64,000 nt of DNA from a virus. Both the position numbers and the translations under genes were made by a program. The stretch lies in the IMG/VR virus record IMGVR_UViG_3300033121_002012, positions 2,069-66,068 of that record. One strand, 5' to 3'. The notes under the pieces were generated by a model. It was not told the origin of the DNA. It made no database searches and saw only the letters and a program-made list of their open reading frames with translations. Of this stretch, positions 19,079 to 28,268 are shown one piece after another; position 1 is the stretch's first letter; the number at the start of each line of letters is the position of its first letter.

Positions 19079-20161
19079 CTACACGCTCGTAATGGTACCG
19101 TTCCCATACGACGCCACACCCGAGGCCGGGGGATACCCCGGAAATGCCAGCGGGCCGGGAGTCGTGACCACAAAAGAGGTAAACTGGAGCGTATCCACCT
19201 GCTCGGCTTGCAGCCGTTCCTCCCGCAACGTGCTGGCACATTCACCGGCGGGCGGCATGACGGTGACCTGCTCCCGGTAGTCAACAATGGTGCTGTCCGG
19301 CTGCTCGCGCAGGCTGACCGTGCCGATAAAATCAAAGGCCGCGTTCACCGCTTCCGGGGGCGCACTGCCTTCGCGCAAAATCAAATTCCAAAGCGCCGGA
19401 TAAATCCGATAATCGAGGTCGATCTCGTAGCCTTCCACAACCACCGTGAAGCTGGTGCGGAATTCGACGTTTTTGCTGTCCTCGGGTTCTTCGGGCGTCA
19501 GGTTCTCCACATCGCCGTCGATAAAGAGGCGCACCAGTTTGTCGCCGAAGCCGGGATAGCTGACCTTGATCCACGTCTGTAGCTGCGGGCCGCCGGTGCG
19601 CCAGAACTCGCGAAAAAGCTGGGACAGGAAAAACGCCTGCGTGTCGGGCCGGTTGCAGAAATGGTCGATTTGAAACCGATAGTCAAACGCCATCGGGAAG
19701 CGGCTCGTGGTGACGTTACCCATGCCGCATTCCGTGAAGTTGGTGCCATTGTTCGCAACTCCGTATACACCCGGCCCCGGATTGCTGACCGAGGGCCAGT
19801 TGATCCAACGCATCCGGTGAATGGAAAAATTGTGCGACTGCCGCAGCTTCCACCCCTTCCTGTATACACTGATGACCGGATAGCGCACGGGGGCTGGATA
19901 GGGCTGGTAGAGCGGCACGCCGTTGGCGTCTTTCACGTCCAGCAGATACTTGAACGGATTGTTGGCTTCCGACCAAAGCTGGCTGAACAGGCTGAAGGCA
20001 TCCATCGGACTGGTAAACACCACCGGCACCGCCGCGCCCCAGCGCAGAGTGAAGATGCGATTGAGCCAGAGTTGCAGCGCCAACTCGTGGTACCGCATAC
20101 CGGTACTGCTGAGTGCGCCTGCGGGAACGTTTAAGGTGTTGCCTGTCCAGTTGTCGGCCAC
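19079..20161 (-). CDS. Tail terminator/sheath stabiliser (gp15-like)
   Basis: VPVVFTSP, RYPVISV, PMAFDYRFQID; upstream of the sheath; GTAGTTA upstream. Confidence 0.6.
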   Translation of the reverse strand: MADNWTGNTLNVPAGALSSTGMRYHELALQLWLNRIFTLRWGAAVPVVFTSPMDAFSLFSQLWSEANNPFKYLLDVKDANGVPLYQPYPAPVRYPVISVYRKGWKLRQSHNFSIHRMRWINWPSVSNPGPGVYGVANNGTNFTECGMGNVTTSRFPMAFDYRFQIDHFCNRPDTQAFFLSQLFREFWRTGGPQLQTWIKVSYPGFGDKLVRLFIDGDVENLTPEEPEDSKNVEFRTSFTVVVEGYEIDLDYRIYPALWNLILREGSAPPEAVNAAFDFIGTVSLREQPDSTIVDYREQVTVMPPAGECASTLREERLQAEQVDTLQFTSFVVTTPGPLAFPGYPPASGVASYGNGTITSV

Positions 20162-20187
20162 GCCTTAACTACGGGGGAAGCGAGACA

Positions 20188-20229
20188 GGGAAGAAGGCAA
20201 CGAGCACGGTGGCCTCGGCACCGTGCTCG
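20188..20229 (-). terminator. Stem-loop, possible terminator
   Basis: CGAGCACGGTG-7nt-CACCGTGCTCG (20201-20229), followed on the minus strand by a pyrimidine tract; no true poly-U. Confidence 0.5.
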
Positions 20230-20251
20230 CGCAGGAAATTAACGGGCGGCG

Positions 20252-20512
20252 TTAGACCGGAACGAGCAGCGAGGTCTGCATTTTGACCTGCGTGCCGTTT
20301 TCCAGTTCCACGTCGGCAAACCCGGAATTCGCATCACTGATGGTCTTGACCTTGCCCTTGGCCCCGGTAAAACCTGAGATCGGATCATCCACGACGGCCA
20401 CCGTCTGACCACTGGTGATGTCTTCACCAAGAATCTGGTTGACGGCTGAACGCACGTAGTTCCGGCCACCGTTTTGAACGGACTCCGCGATGATGTTCTT
20501 GATGTCTTTCAT
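20252..20512 (-). CDS. Small virion protein (SH3/KOW-like)
   Basis: GQTVAVVDDP..GFTGAKGKV...ADVELENG; GTAGTTA upstream; IIAES N-terminal motif. Confidence 0.65.
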   Translation of the reverse strand: MKDIKNIIAESVQNGGRNYVRSAVNQILGEDITSGQTVAVVDDPISGFTGAKGKVKTISDANSGFADVELENGTQVKMQTSLLVPV

Positions 20513-20521
20513 GCGATCTAA

Positions 20522-20869
20522 CTACTTTGGTGGATCGACCAAAACGACTGCGAGCACAAGCTCATCCACTTTGTCCCACGGTTCATACCAGTCTGACCCG
20601 CGACGCAGTTGGTTCATCAGCGCTTCTGACGATCCGGCTACAGTAACTACGAACTTGTCCCGCTGAAACTTGATCCCGATGTTTTGCACCATGACTTTGA
20701 CCTGCGCTTCCATCTTTTTGACGCGCTCAGCCAAGTCCGGCACCGGCTTCATTCGCAGGGCACTGAAACCTGTCATGATGGCCGCTGCCGCTGCCGCCTG
20801 CTGTTTGGGCTGGCGTAAACGCCGGGTCATTACGTCGTTGAGCGACGCTTCCAGTGCCTCCCCAATCAT
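20522..20869 (-). CDS. Hypothetical protein (neck region)
   Basis: ORF coupled to the upstream neck gene. Confidence 0.55.
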   Translation of the reverse strand: MIGEALEASLNDVMTRRLRQPKQQAAAAAAIMTGFSALRMKPVPDLAERVKKMEAQVKVMVQNIGIKFQRDKFVVTVAGSSEALMNQLRRGSDWYEPWDKVDELVLAVVLVDPPK

Positions 20870-21417
20870 ACTTCAGGCAGGGGCCGTGTTTGTATACGTT
20901 CGGATGGCGGAGGATTGCCGGGATCGAGCAGAGGCCGCGCATCACCGTCCGCCGGGATGCAGGTTTCGCAGACCAGCCCCAGCCACACGTTGGTCTGCTG
21001 CCAGAAGGAGGTCGGCTCCAAAACCACGTTGATAATCATGTTCCGGTAACCGTTGTAGTACATGATGTCACCCCGCATGGGAAACCAGTCGGCTTGCGCG
21101 AGCAGCAGATTGGCCATCCAGATTTTGTACTTCTGCTTGGGCACGATACCCACACGGGTCAGCCGCCAATCCGGGCGCTCCGCTTGAATAATCACCGGCA
21201 TCTCGATGACGCGGGAAAATGTCGTTCTATCGTCCAGTGAAACATGCCACAACTGGTCGACCTTTTCCGAACGCCGGTCGACCTCGTAAAACTTGGGGTA
21301 AGGACGGGGCGAGCTTACCTTTATGTACTCGGCATGGATGCCCAGCGCCGTGGTTGTATCCGACAGCCGGTATTGCTCCGGGTCGTAATGCCACTCTTTT
21401 CGTTCTTTGAACGTCAC
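20866..21417 (-). CDS. Head-closure/neck protein (gp14-like)
   Basis: LTRVGI...FPMRGDIMYY...IINV pattern; ATAGTTA upstream. Confidence 0.5.
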   Translation of the reverse strand: MTFKERKEWHYDPEQYRLSDTTTALGIHAEYIKVSSPRPYPKFYEVDRRSEKVDQLWHVSLDDRTTFSRVIEMPVIIQAERPDWRLTRVGIVPKQKYKIWMANLLLAQADWFPMRGDIMYYNGYRNMIINVVLEPTSFWQQTNVWLGLVCETCIPADGDARPLLDPGNPPPSERIQTRPLPEV

Positions 21418-21437
21418 ACCGTAACTATCTATAGCAG

Positions 21438-21746
21438 ATGAAAAAGCCTGAAGCCCTTGTGCAATTACTCGAAGAACTCCAAGGAGAAAGCATCCGCTCC
21501 GACGTGGAGGTCACCAAAGCCTCCAAGGCGGTCATCTACATCGACGCGGAAGCGGCGACCAGCGATGATGGCATTGAACTATCCGCCAAGGAGTGCGTGC
21601 TGCTGTTTGCCAACCGCAACATCGTGGAACGGCTGGTGGACGCCCTCAACAGCGGCGGAGCCACCCTCACCCTGTATGAAGTCGAAGTTTCCGTTGCCGC
21701 GCTGGAACAGATGGAACGTGGTTTTGCCGCCATCGACGAAGGCTGA
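21438..21746 (+). CDS. Hypothetical protein
   Basis: ORF with phage-like codon usage, LLEE in the N-terminus. Confidence 0.55.
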   Translation: MKKPEALVQLLEELQGESIRSDVEVTKASKAVIYIDAEAATSDDGIELSAKECVLLFANRNIVERLVDALNSGGATLTLYEVEVSVAALEQMERGFAAIDEG

Positions 21747-21760
21747 TCCATTGTCTACAA

Positions 21761-23074
21761 ATGATTGAAACCGTCCAGTCACAGGAAGGCTACGCGACCA
21801 TGCAGTATAAACTGGTCATGGGCCAGACGCGTTCACTGGCATTCGATCCCCAGCAAGTCACGTTCGTCGATGCCGAGATCAAGGACGATGTTTACGGCGC
21901 AGGCACCGGGATGCACACCTTCCGCACCCTCGATCCCGGTTTCTTGGACAATCTCAAGCAGGTGATGAGCAACGCCGATCCGAAGCTGGAATTCCGGCTC
22001 GGTTTCGGTTCCCCGCAAAATACTTTCTGGCTGCCGTGGCAACAGCACATCATCACCAATTACTTTTCCAAGTTTGAAGGCATCGGCACTGCCGCCGGAC
22101 ACTTGCTGGTGATCGTGACCGCCAACAACCTGATCCGCTTCTCCCGCGCCAATAAAGTGCTCGCTCGGAAAGGCACCGTGGCCGAGATCGTCCAAAGCAT
22201 CGCCACGGAAAACGAACTGGAGGCGGTGATCGAACCCACGGACGGAAAATTCCTGCTCTACCAGACCTTTCAAGACGACACCCGCTTCATACATGAGCGC
22301 CTGCTGCGCCGGGCAATCACACCCAAGGGCCGTGGCGGATTCTTCTTTTTCATCCGGGATAACGTGCTGCATTTTCACACCCCGGATTATCAGTCCAGTG
22401 CCCGGCAGATGAATTATTACGACGTGTTCGGCACCGAACTGACGCTGAGTGACCTGTCCGAAGACCCCAAGCTATGGGACGGCGGACTGGCAGGCATCCG
22501 GGTCATTGCGCACGATGCCTACACCGGCCAGACAAAGGAAGTGGCCAGCGAACCCGATCACGCGCTGCGCTTGGCCGATTCCATTTATCAATACGACCGG
22601 ATCAGCAACGGTCAGTGGAACACTCCGTATCACCTGTCGGAAAATCCACCGGTGGAAGTCAGCGCCATTGCCCAGTTCGGCTACCAGCGTTCGCGCCAGC
22701 AGGCGTTCCGCTGTCTGGTCAGTGTAGACAAAACTATTGTCATACGCCACGGCGATCTGGTGAACCTCGGGGTTACCCAGCAGAATTCCAAAGCCAGCAG
22801 CCACAGCGGCTACTATTACGTGACCTCCACGGCCCATTTAATTCGCAAGCAGGCCGTGCATAGCACGTATACAATGGAACGGGGCGAAGTCCGGGGGCAG
22901 GATCAAAGTCTTTCCGCGCAGAACACGCAGGAACAGCTTGTGCCCGCTTCCAAAGCACCGGGCCAAGACCCCAACATCCTTGAAGTGCAGAGTTCGGAGC
23001 TTACCAAAGGGGCTGGAAAGCAGTCGTCCGCCAGAACCTTTACGGTCGTGGCGGACGCTAATACTGGCCGCTGA
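21761..23074 (+). CDS. Baseplate hub protein (P2 gpD / T4 gp27-like)
   Basis: GTVAEIVQSIATEN...QDDTRFIHERL...FFFIRDNVLHF...SGYYYVTSTAH. Confidence 0.75.
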   Translation: MIETVQSQEGYATMQYKLVMGQTRSLAFDPQQVTFVDAEIKDDVYGAGTGMHTFRTLDPGFLDNLKQVMSNADPKLEFRLGFGSPQNTFWLPWQQHIITNYFSKFEGIGTAAGHLLVIVTANNLIRFSRANKVLARKGTVAEIVQSIATENELEAVIEPTDGKFLLYQTFQDDTRFIHERLLRRAITPKGRGGFFFFIRDNVLHFHTPDYQSSARQMNYYDVFGTELTLSDLSEDPKLWDGGLAGIRVIAHDAYTGQTKEVASEPDHALRLADSIYQYDRISNGQWNTPYHLSENPPVEVSAIAQFGYQRSRQQAFRCLVSVDKTIVIRHGDLVNLGVTQQNSKASSHSGYYYVTSTAHLIRKQAVHSTYTMERGEVRGQDQSLSAQNTQEQLVPASKAPGQDPNILEVQSSELTKGAGKQSSARTFTVVADANTGR

Positions 23075-23075
23075 C

Positions 23076-23534
23076 TCAGGTGAGCGGGCCGGGAATCGTT
23101 TTGGCTTGGAATAGCTGCGGCGGATAATAGGGGTCATCCTTGCCGAAGCCACACTCCGTCCAGCGGCGCTGCGAATCAATCTGCATCCGCAACTGGCCTG
23201 ACGTGGTGCCGGTGCAGAACACTTCAAGGAAGTTCCGGGTACCGCTGAGGAACTGCGTTTGCTGCCCACCGGGCACCAGATACACCGGCGCGGCAGTCAG
23301 GTTGTAGCGGGTGCCGCTGACGCTACGGTCATCCGTTTCGCGCAAGTGAACCGAGAAGTAGGTGTTGCCCACGTTCTCGAACAGGACGGCCATGTTGGTC
23401 TGGGTCGTGCCGCCGGAAATGGACGGCGGCCAGTCATCCTGTGTGTACAAACGCGAGGTCACGTACCCCGAAACGACGGGACACTGAACCAGCGTCTTGC
23501 GCGGTAGAGGCTGAACATATTCACCGGGGTTCAT
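23076..23534 (-). CDS. Hypothetical virion protein
   Basis: Clean ORF on the late strand, beta-rich. Confidence 0.55.
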   Translation of the reverse strand: MNPGEYVQPLPRKTLVQCPVVSGYVTSRLYTQDDWPPSISGGTTQTNMAVLFENVGNTYFSVHLRETDDRSVSGTRYNLTAAPVYLVPGGQQTQFLSGTRNFLEVFCTGTTSGQLRMQIDSQRRWTECGFGKDDPYYPPQLFQAKTIPGPLT

Positions 23535-23567
23535 AGTGTCTCAGGAATGGTGGGTGTAAACAAATGG

Positions 23568-25139
23568 TTACTTGACTTCTTCGTCATCCGACGCGCCCTT
23601 GTCGTCCTTGGCTTTGGACTTTTTCTTGGGCCGGTCTTCGCCGCCTTCGCCACCTTCACCACCTTCACCGCCTTCGTCGTCAAGATCAGACGGCGGCTCA
23701 TCCGGCATCGGCGGGCCTTCTTCTCCGGGGACACCGGCACCACCCTCAGCGCCTTCGATGCCGCCCATCTCGCCACCCATGTCACCGCCCATCTCGCCAC
23801 CGGGGCCACCCATGCCTTCTTCGCCGGGCATCGCCTCGGGCGGGGGCGCAACAGCGGCGGCAATTTGTTCCAAAGAGGATTTCATTGAACGCAGAAGACT
23901 CAGCGCCGATTCGCCTTCTGTATCGGCTCCGATAGCGCTGTCGCTGAGGGGCGGCTCACTCGGTTCCAGCGTGTCACCGCCGACCTCACTGCCAAGTCCC
24001 ATGTCAGACGCAGGCGCTTCGGAACCCATGTGGCTGAGTTCATCAGCCTCCATTTCCTCAACCAGTTTTAGTGCTTCGTTGATTTTGCTCATACAGTCAC
24101 CGTTCGTTGTAACTACACTCTCCAAAATCAAATCGCGCAGAGGTTCACAGAGTGACATCTCTTGAGGTCGTATCCAGCCATACGCCCCTGATTCCATCGG
24201 CTTCACCATGCGGTTGCCGATCACGCGTTTTGGTTTTGCAGCAGACGTTGTTGTACTGGTCGGAAAATTTCTACCCCGCTGTCCCGGTGGAATTGCCAAC
24301 GCCGGAGTCGGTTGCGGGGACGGTAAATTACGCCCGCGCTGTCCCGGTGGAATCGCGAGCGCCGGAGCCGCCGTGGCGGACGGCAACGGTTCCGGTTTGA
24401 TGTCTTTGAACGCGGTGGTCGCCTTGGCTTTTTGATCCGCCGGAGTGCGTTTTGGCGCGTTGACGCTGACCGCCTGCGGCCCGACGCGAACAGGTGCGGG
24501 AACCGGGGGCGGCAGGCGCGGCGGAGCCGTGGGCTGCTGTCCGAGGTTGCGCATTTCCCGGCGTCGCCGGATTTCCTGTTCCTTGGCCTTGGCCGCTGCC
24601 ATCTGGCCCTCAAAATCTGTCCAGCGCTTGGTCGCGTACTTCGTCAGACGATCCAGCTTGTCAGCCGTATCCGGGGTGTCACCGGGAAAGGAGGACAGCA
24701 AACCGTATACAAACTGACGGGCCGCCAGAATGTGTTTACAAAGACCGGGCTTCCCGTGGGGATTGGTTTTACGCGGGGCCTTGTTCCATGCCTGATTGAG
24801 CGACTGCGGGCCGACCACGCTGCTCTGGCGCTGCTTGTTCGCCCACGCCCAGCGGTAACGAAAATCCGGGCACGTGCAGTCCACCAGACATTCCAGATGT
24901 TGCAGCGGTGTGTTCTTGACGCTCTTGTTTTTCGGTTTGAAAAACTTCACGTAACCGTGATGCCGCAGCCCGGTGGTGCTCGGATTCGCCTTGAAGTTGA
25001 AGATGTAGTACACGACATCCTGATAGGAGTCGATTTCCAGCGGCGGCCCGCGCACCGTGAAGGAACGGTACACCCGTTTCGGCTCGCTGATCCGAAACAG
25101 CTTGTCGAAGGTCAGGCGCTCGCAAAGGCTGATGAACAT
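23568..25139 (-). CDS. SWIM Zn-finger protein with Pro-rich linker and acidic/Gly-rich C-terminal half
   Basis: VDCTCPDFRY...LCKHI; duplicated PALAIPPGQRGRN; in-frame internal ATG at 24092. Confidence 0.7.
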   Translation of the reverse strand: MFISLCERLTFDKLFRISEPKRVYRSFTVRGPPLEIDSYQDVVYYIFNFKANPSTTGLRHHGYVKFFKPKNKSVKNTPLQHLECLVDCTCPDFRYRWAWANKQRQSSVVGPQSLNQAWNKAPRKTNPHGKPGLCKHILAARQFVYGLLSSFPGDTPDTADKLDRLTKYATKRWTDFEGQMAAAKAKEQEIRRRREMRNLGQQPTAPPRLPPPVPAPVRVGPQAVSVNAPKRTPADQKAKATTAFKDIKPEPLPSATAAPALAIPPGQRGRNLPSPQPTPALAIPPGQRGRNFPTSTTTSAAKPKRVIGNRMVKPMESGAYGWIRPQEMSLCEPLRDLILESVVTTNGDCMSKINEALKLVEEMEADELSHMGSEAPASDMGLGSEVGGDTLEPSEPPLSDSAIGADTEGESALSLLRSMKSSLEQIAAAVAPPPEAMPGEEGMGGPGGEMGGDMGGEMGGIEGAEGGAGVPGEEGPPMPDEPPSDLDDEGGEGGEGGEGGEDRPKKKSKAKDDKGASDDEEVK

Positions 25140-25140
25140 A

Positions 25141-26286
25141 TCAGGTGAGAGAACTCACGTTGGCCCCGGTGTACCCCGTCTCTCGCGCTGGCGCAGGCTC
25201 ATTGGGTTTCAAATTCAACCGGCGCTGCTTGGGACGACGCTGCCCGGCGAACAACTGACGCGCCATGCTGGTCTGTTTGGGCTTGGCCCCCTGATACTGC
25301 GTCGGCGTGGGCGGCGGCGCAGGCTGCTGTTCAACATCTGCAAACTGGTGCGTCTGCTCCTTGGGCTGAAACTTGTTGAAACCGGTTATACGGTTGACCT
25401 GCTCACCGGTCGTGCTGCGCATACCGGCCAATGGATCAGCTTTCTTGGGCTGAACCTTCTCGGAAGGCTTGGGTTGAACGGGAAACCATCTCTCCTGACC
25501 ACCCCGCTGAACCCGGAAAGGCAGCGGATATTGTGGACTTGCCATACCCAGCACGATTTCCAGTTCCTTGGGATTCCTAGTTGTATACGGCCCCACAATC
25601 CGGCTCTGATTGGTCACAAACTCGCCGGTGCCGGTGATGACATCCCCGGCCTGAATTCCCGCCTGCGCCGCCGGGCCGCTGGGATGAACCTCGACCACTT
25701 GGATGCCGTCCCGGCTTTGCCGGTCAAACGTCACGCCGATCTGTAGCGGGGCATTCAACAATTGAAAATCACCGACCTCGGGGTCAGGAGCCGGTTGCTG
25801 TTGCTGTTTCGGCACTGCCGCCGGGTTATCCGGGGCCTGTTCCGCAGCCGCCTCTTGTCCCTGCTCCAGTTCCTTGCTGCCCTGAAACACCTGTTCCACG
25901 TTCATCTGGGTCACGGTGCCGGTGGCATATTTGCGGTAGGCCACCTTGTCATGCTTTTCCAACCCTAAAAGATGTTCAGCTTCTTCCTTTCCCTCCGGGG
26001 TGGTGCGCACCGGCACATTTGGGCCGATGACTTCCACGTTTCCGGCATGATGCTTGATGATGAACGTGTAGCCTTGGTCGACCAGTTGATCGAGCAGATC
26101 AACCGAGTTCGGAGTGCCTTCTGGAACGGCTCCTGCACGGCGCAGATAGGCGACCGCCTGTTCGACGTTCTGAGTCACCATGCCCGCAACGTGTAAACGC
26201 GGCCCGAACATGTATACACCGCTACTATCCCCTGCCGACGGGTTGTCGGCTTCCAGCAGGAGATTGACGATCTCGTGAGCGTTCAT
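25141..26286 (-). CDS. PDZ-domain putative virion protein
   Basis: IGVTF...GIQVVEVHPSGPAAQAGIQAGDVI...FRVQRGG; GTAGTTA upstream. Confidence 0.75.
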   Translation of the reverse strand: MNAHEIVNLLLEADNPSAGDSSGVYMFGPRLHVAGMVTQNVEQAVAYLRRAGAVPEGTPNSVDLLDQLVDQGYTFIIKHHAGNVEVIGPNVPVRTTPEGKEEAEHLLGLEKHDKVAYRKYATGTVTQMNVEQVFQGSKELEQGQEAAAEQAPDNPAAVPKQQQQPAPDPEVGDFQLLNAPLQIGVTFDRQSRDGIQVVEVHPSGPAAQAGIQAGDVITGTGEFVTNQSRIVGPYTTRNPKELEIVLGMASPQYPLPFRVQRGGQERWFPVQPKPSEKVQPKKADPLAGMRSTTGEQVNRITGFNKFQPKEQTHQFADVEQQPAPPPTPTQYQGAKPKQTSMARQLFAGQRRPKQRRLNLKPNEPAPARETGYTGANVSSLT

Positions 26287-26318
26287 CGCTGTAACTACGT
26301 CTTTGCGTTCTATGGGGT

Positions 26319-28268
26319 ATGGTAGACCTGAAGCTCAAGCGGGTGTCGATTCGCAACTGGATGAAGTTTGGGCACGTGGCGCTGGAGTTCCCGGAAAAGG
26401 GGCTGGTGCTGGTGCAAGGCGTTAACACGGCCTCGGGCGGTGCGCTGCTCTCGGTGGGCAGCGGCAAAACCGGCCTTGGCGAAGCCATCAGCCGTACCCT
26501 GCTGGGCACCGATGGCCGCTTCAACAGCTTGAAACAGTGCAGCACCGACAAGGCGGGCAACACGTACATCAAACTGGAAGCCGAGCTTTTCGGCAAACCC
26601 TTGATTGTGGAATCCGGCTATCGGTGCAAGGAACTAAGCACCACCGGCGACGCGCTGCGTTACCACTACGACGGCAAGCAAATTGAACGGGGGAAGATCG
26701 AGCAAACCCGCGCTGAACTTAGCCGCCTGCTCGGTGTCTCGCCCCTGCTGGCCAATTGGACGGTGTTTATTGATGGTGACAGCATCAAGTTCAACAAGAT
26801 CGGTCAAGCCGATTCGGTGGAACTGGTGATGGCCAGTCTGCGCCAGCCGCCGTGGAACAAATACCACGAAGCCAGTAAAAACGTCTTGGGTCAGTTTCGG
26901 CGGGGGATGGCAGCAACCGAGGCTGCACACACCAACGCTGCCGCCACGGTGCAGACCGCCCATTCCGAATATCTGCTGGCGGTGCGACAGGCAGAAACGG
27001 AAAACACCAAGTACCAGCAGGCCGTGGCTGAAAACGACGCCCACATCCAGCGCTATCAAAAAGCCATCACCACCAAGAAAAAGCAAATCACTGACGCCAA
27101 GGTCGAGATCGCGGACATAGCCAAAAAATTGAAACTGATGGAGCAGCAACAGGCGGAAAAAAGCCATCAGCTTGAGATCGAGCTACACGCGACCGAGGAT
27201 GCCATCAGCGCGGCGGAAAGCGCCCGCAAGCCGTTTAACGACGCCGCCTACCACGCCGCCTGTAAACAATCGGTGGCACAAACTGCCTACAACAATTACG
27301 CCAACGCGGCCAAAGAATGTCCCACCTGCCGTCGGCCAATGGGCAAGTTGGATTCAGAACATCTGGCTGAACTAGCTGCCGCATTGGATGATGCCAAAGC
27401 CGCCCACCGTAAAGCCACGCAAAAGCAAGCAGAAGCCGAGCAAAAAGTCGTCACTCTGAACAGCGACTATCGCAAGCTTTCCCAGCAACTTCGAGCCGTC
27501 AGCCAGAAAGACGATTTGGATGGTCTGGCTGACCGTAACGAGGAACTGGAAATTGCAATCAGTTCCGCCACCGAAGCCATTCACGATTACGAACTGGAGA
27601 TTGCCCGCTATCAGCAGGGGCCTTCCGATGCCGCACTGCGCACCGCTGAAAGCCGTCAGGCTGACCGCAAGACGGCGCTGGAGAAAGCCCGTGTGGCACT
27701 GGACGAGGCCGCCGACGCGCTGGTTGCCGACCAAGCCACCCTGAAGGTGTTGGAATACTGGAACCACGCTTTTTCACCTTACGGCATTCCCAACATGGTG
27801 CTGCGGGATGCCATCGCACCGTTGAACAAGGAAGCCCGGCGGGTCAGCGCCACCATGACCGGTGGCACCATCGAAGTCCGCTACAGCACCGTGCGTGAAC
27901 TGGCCAGCGGACAGGAGAAGGCTCAGCTAAACATTGAGGTTGACAACAAACTGGGTGACAAAGACCTCAGCGGAAGTTCAAAAGGCGAAGCGGGGCTGAC
28001 CAATTTCATCATCGCTGAAACGCTCTCTGAAGTGGGTCAGGTATCTCGCCGGGTGGGTTTTCGCTGGTACGATGAAATCGTGCCCCACCAAGACCCGAAG
28101 GTCTGCGGCAGCATTTACTCCTACATGAAGGATGTGGCCCAGCGCTTGGGCATTCTCGTCTTCCTTGTTGACCACAATCCCGTGGCCGCCAACTACGCCG
28201 ACCACGTGCTGCTCGTGGAAAAGAAGGCGGAGAACGGCAAGGTCAGCAGCACCGTGCGCTGGCGCTGA
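26319..28268 (+). CDS. SbcC/Rad50/gp46-like SMC-family ATPase
   Basis: Walker A GSGKT, coiled coils, Zn-hook CPTC, signature SGSSKGE, Walker B WYDE, H-loop LVDH. Confidence 0.9.
   Translation: MVDLKLKRVSIRNWMKFGHVALEFPEKGLVLVQGVNTASGGALLSVGSGKTGLGEAISRTLLGTDGRFNSLKQCSTDKAGNTYIKLEAELFGKPLIVESGYRCKELSTTGDALRYHYDGKQIERGKIEQTRAELSRLLGVSPLLANWTVFIDGDSIKFNKIGQADSVELVMASLRQPPWNKYHEASKNVLGQFRRGMAATEAAHTNAAATVQTAHSEYLLAVRQAETENTKYQQAVAENDAHIQRYQKAITTKKKQITDAKVEIADIAKKLKLMEQQQAEKSHQLEIELHATEDAISAAESARKPFNDAAYHAACKQSVAQTAYNNYANAAKECPTCRRPMGKLDSEHLAELAAALDDAKAAHRKATQKQAEAEQKVVTLNSDYRKLSQQLRAVSQKDDLDGLADRNEELEIAISSATEAIHDYELEIARYQQGPSDAALRTAESRQADRKTALEKARVALDEAADALVADQATLKVLEYWNHAFSPYGIPNMVLRDAIAPLNKEARRVSATMTGGTIEVRYSTVRELASGQEKAQLNIEVDNKLGDKDLSGSSKGEAGLTNFIIAETLSEVGQVSRRVGFRWYDEIVPHQDPKVCGSIYSYMKDVAQRLGILVFLVDHNPVAANYADHVLLVEKKAENGKVSSTVRWR

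Noticed and set aside
20644-20650. Extra GTAGTTA copies at 20644 (intragenic) and 61672 (plus strand)
   Set aside because: No convincing gene start at the usual distance; likely chance or weak sites.
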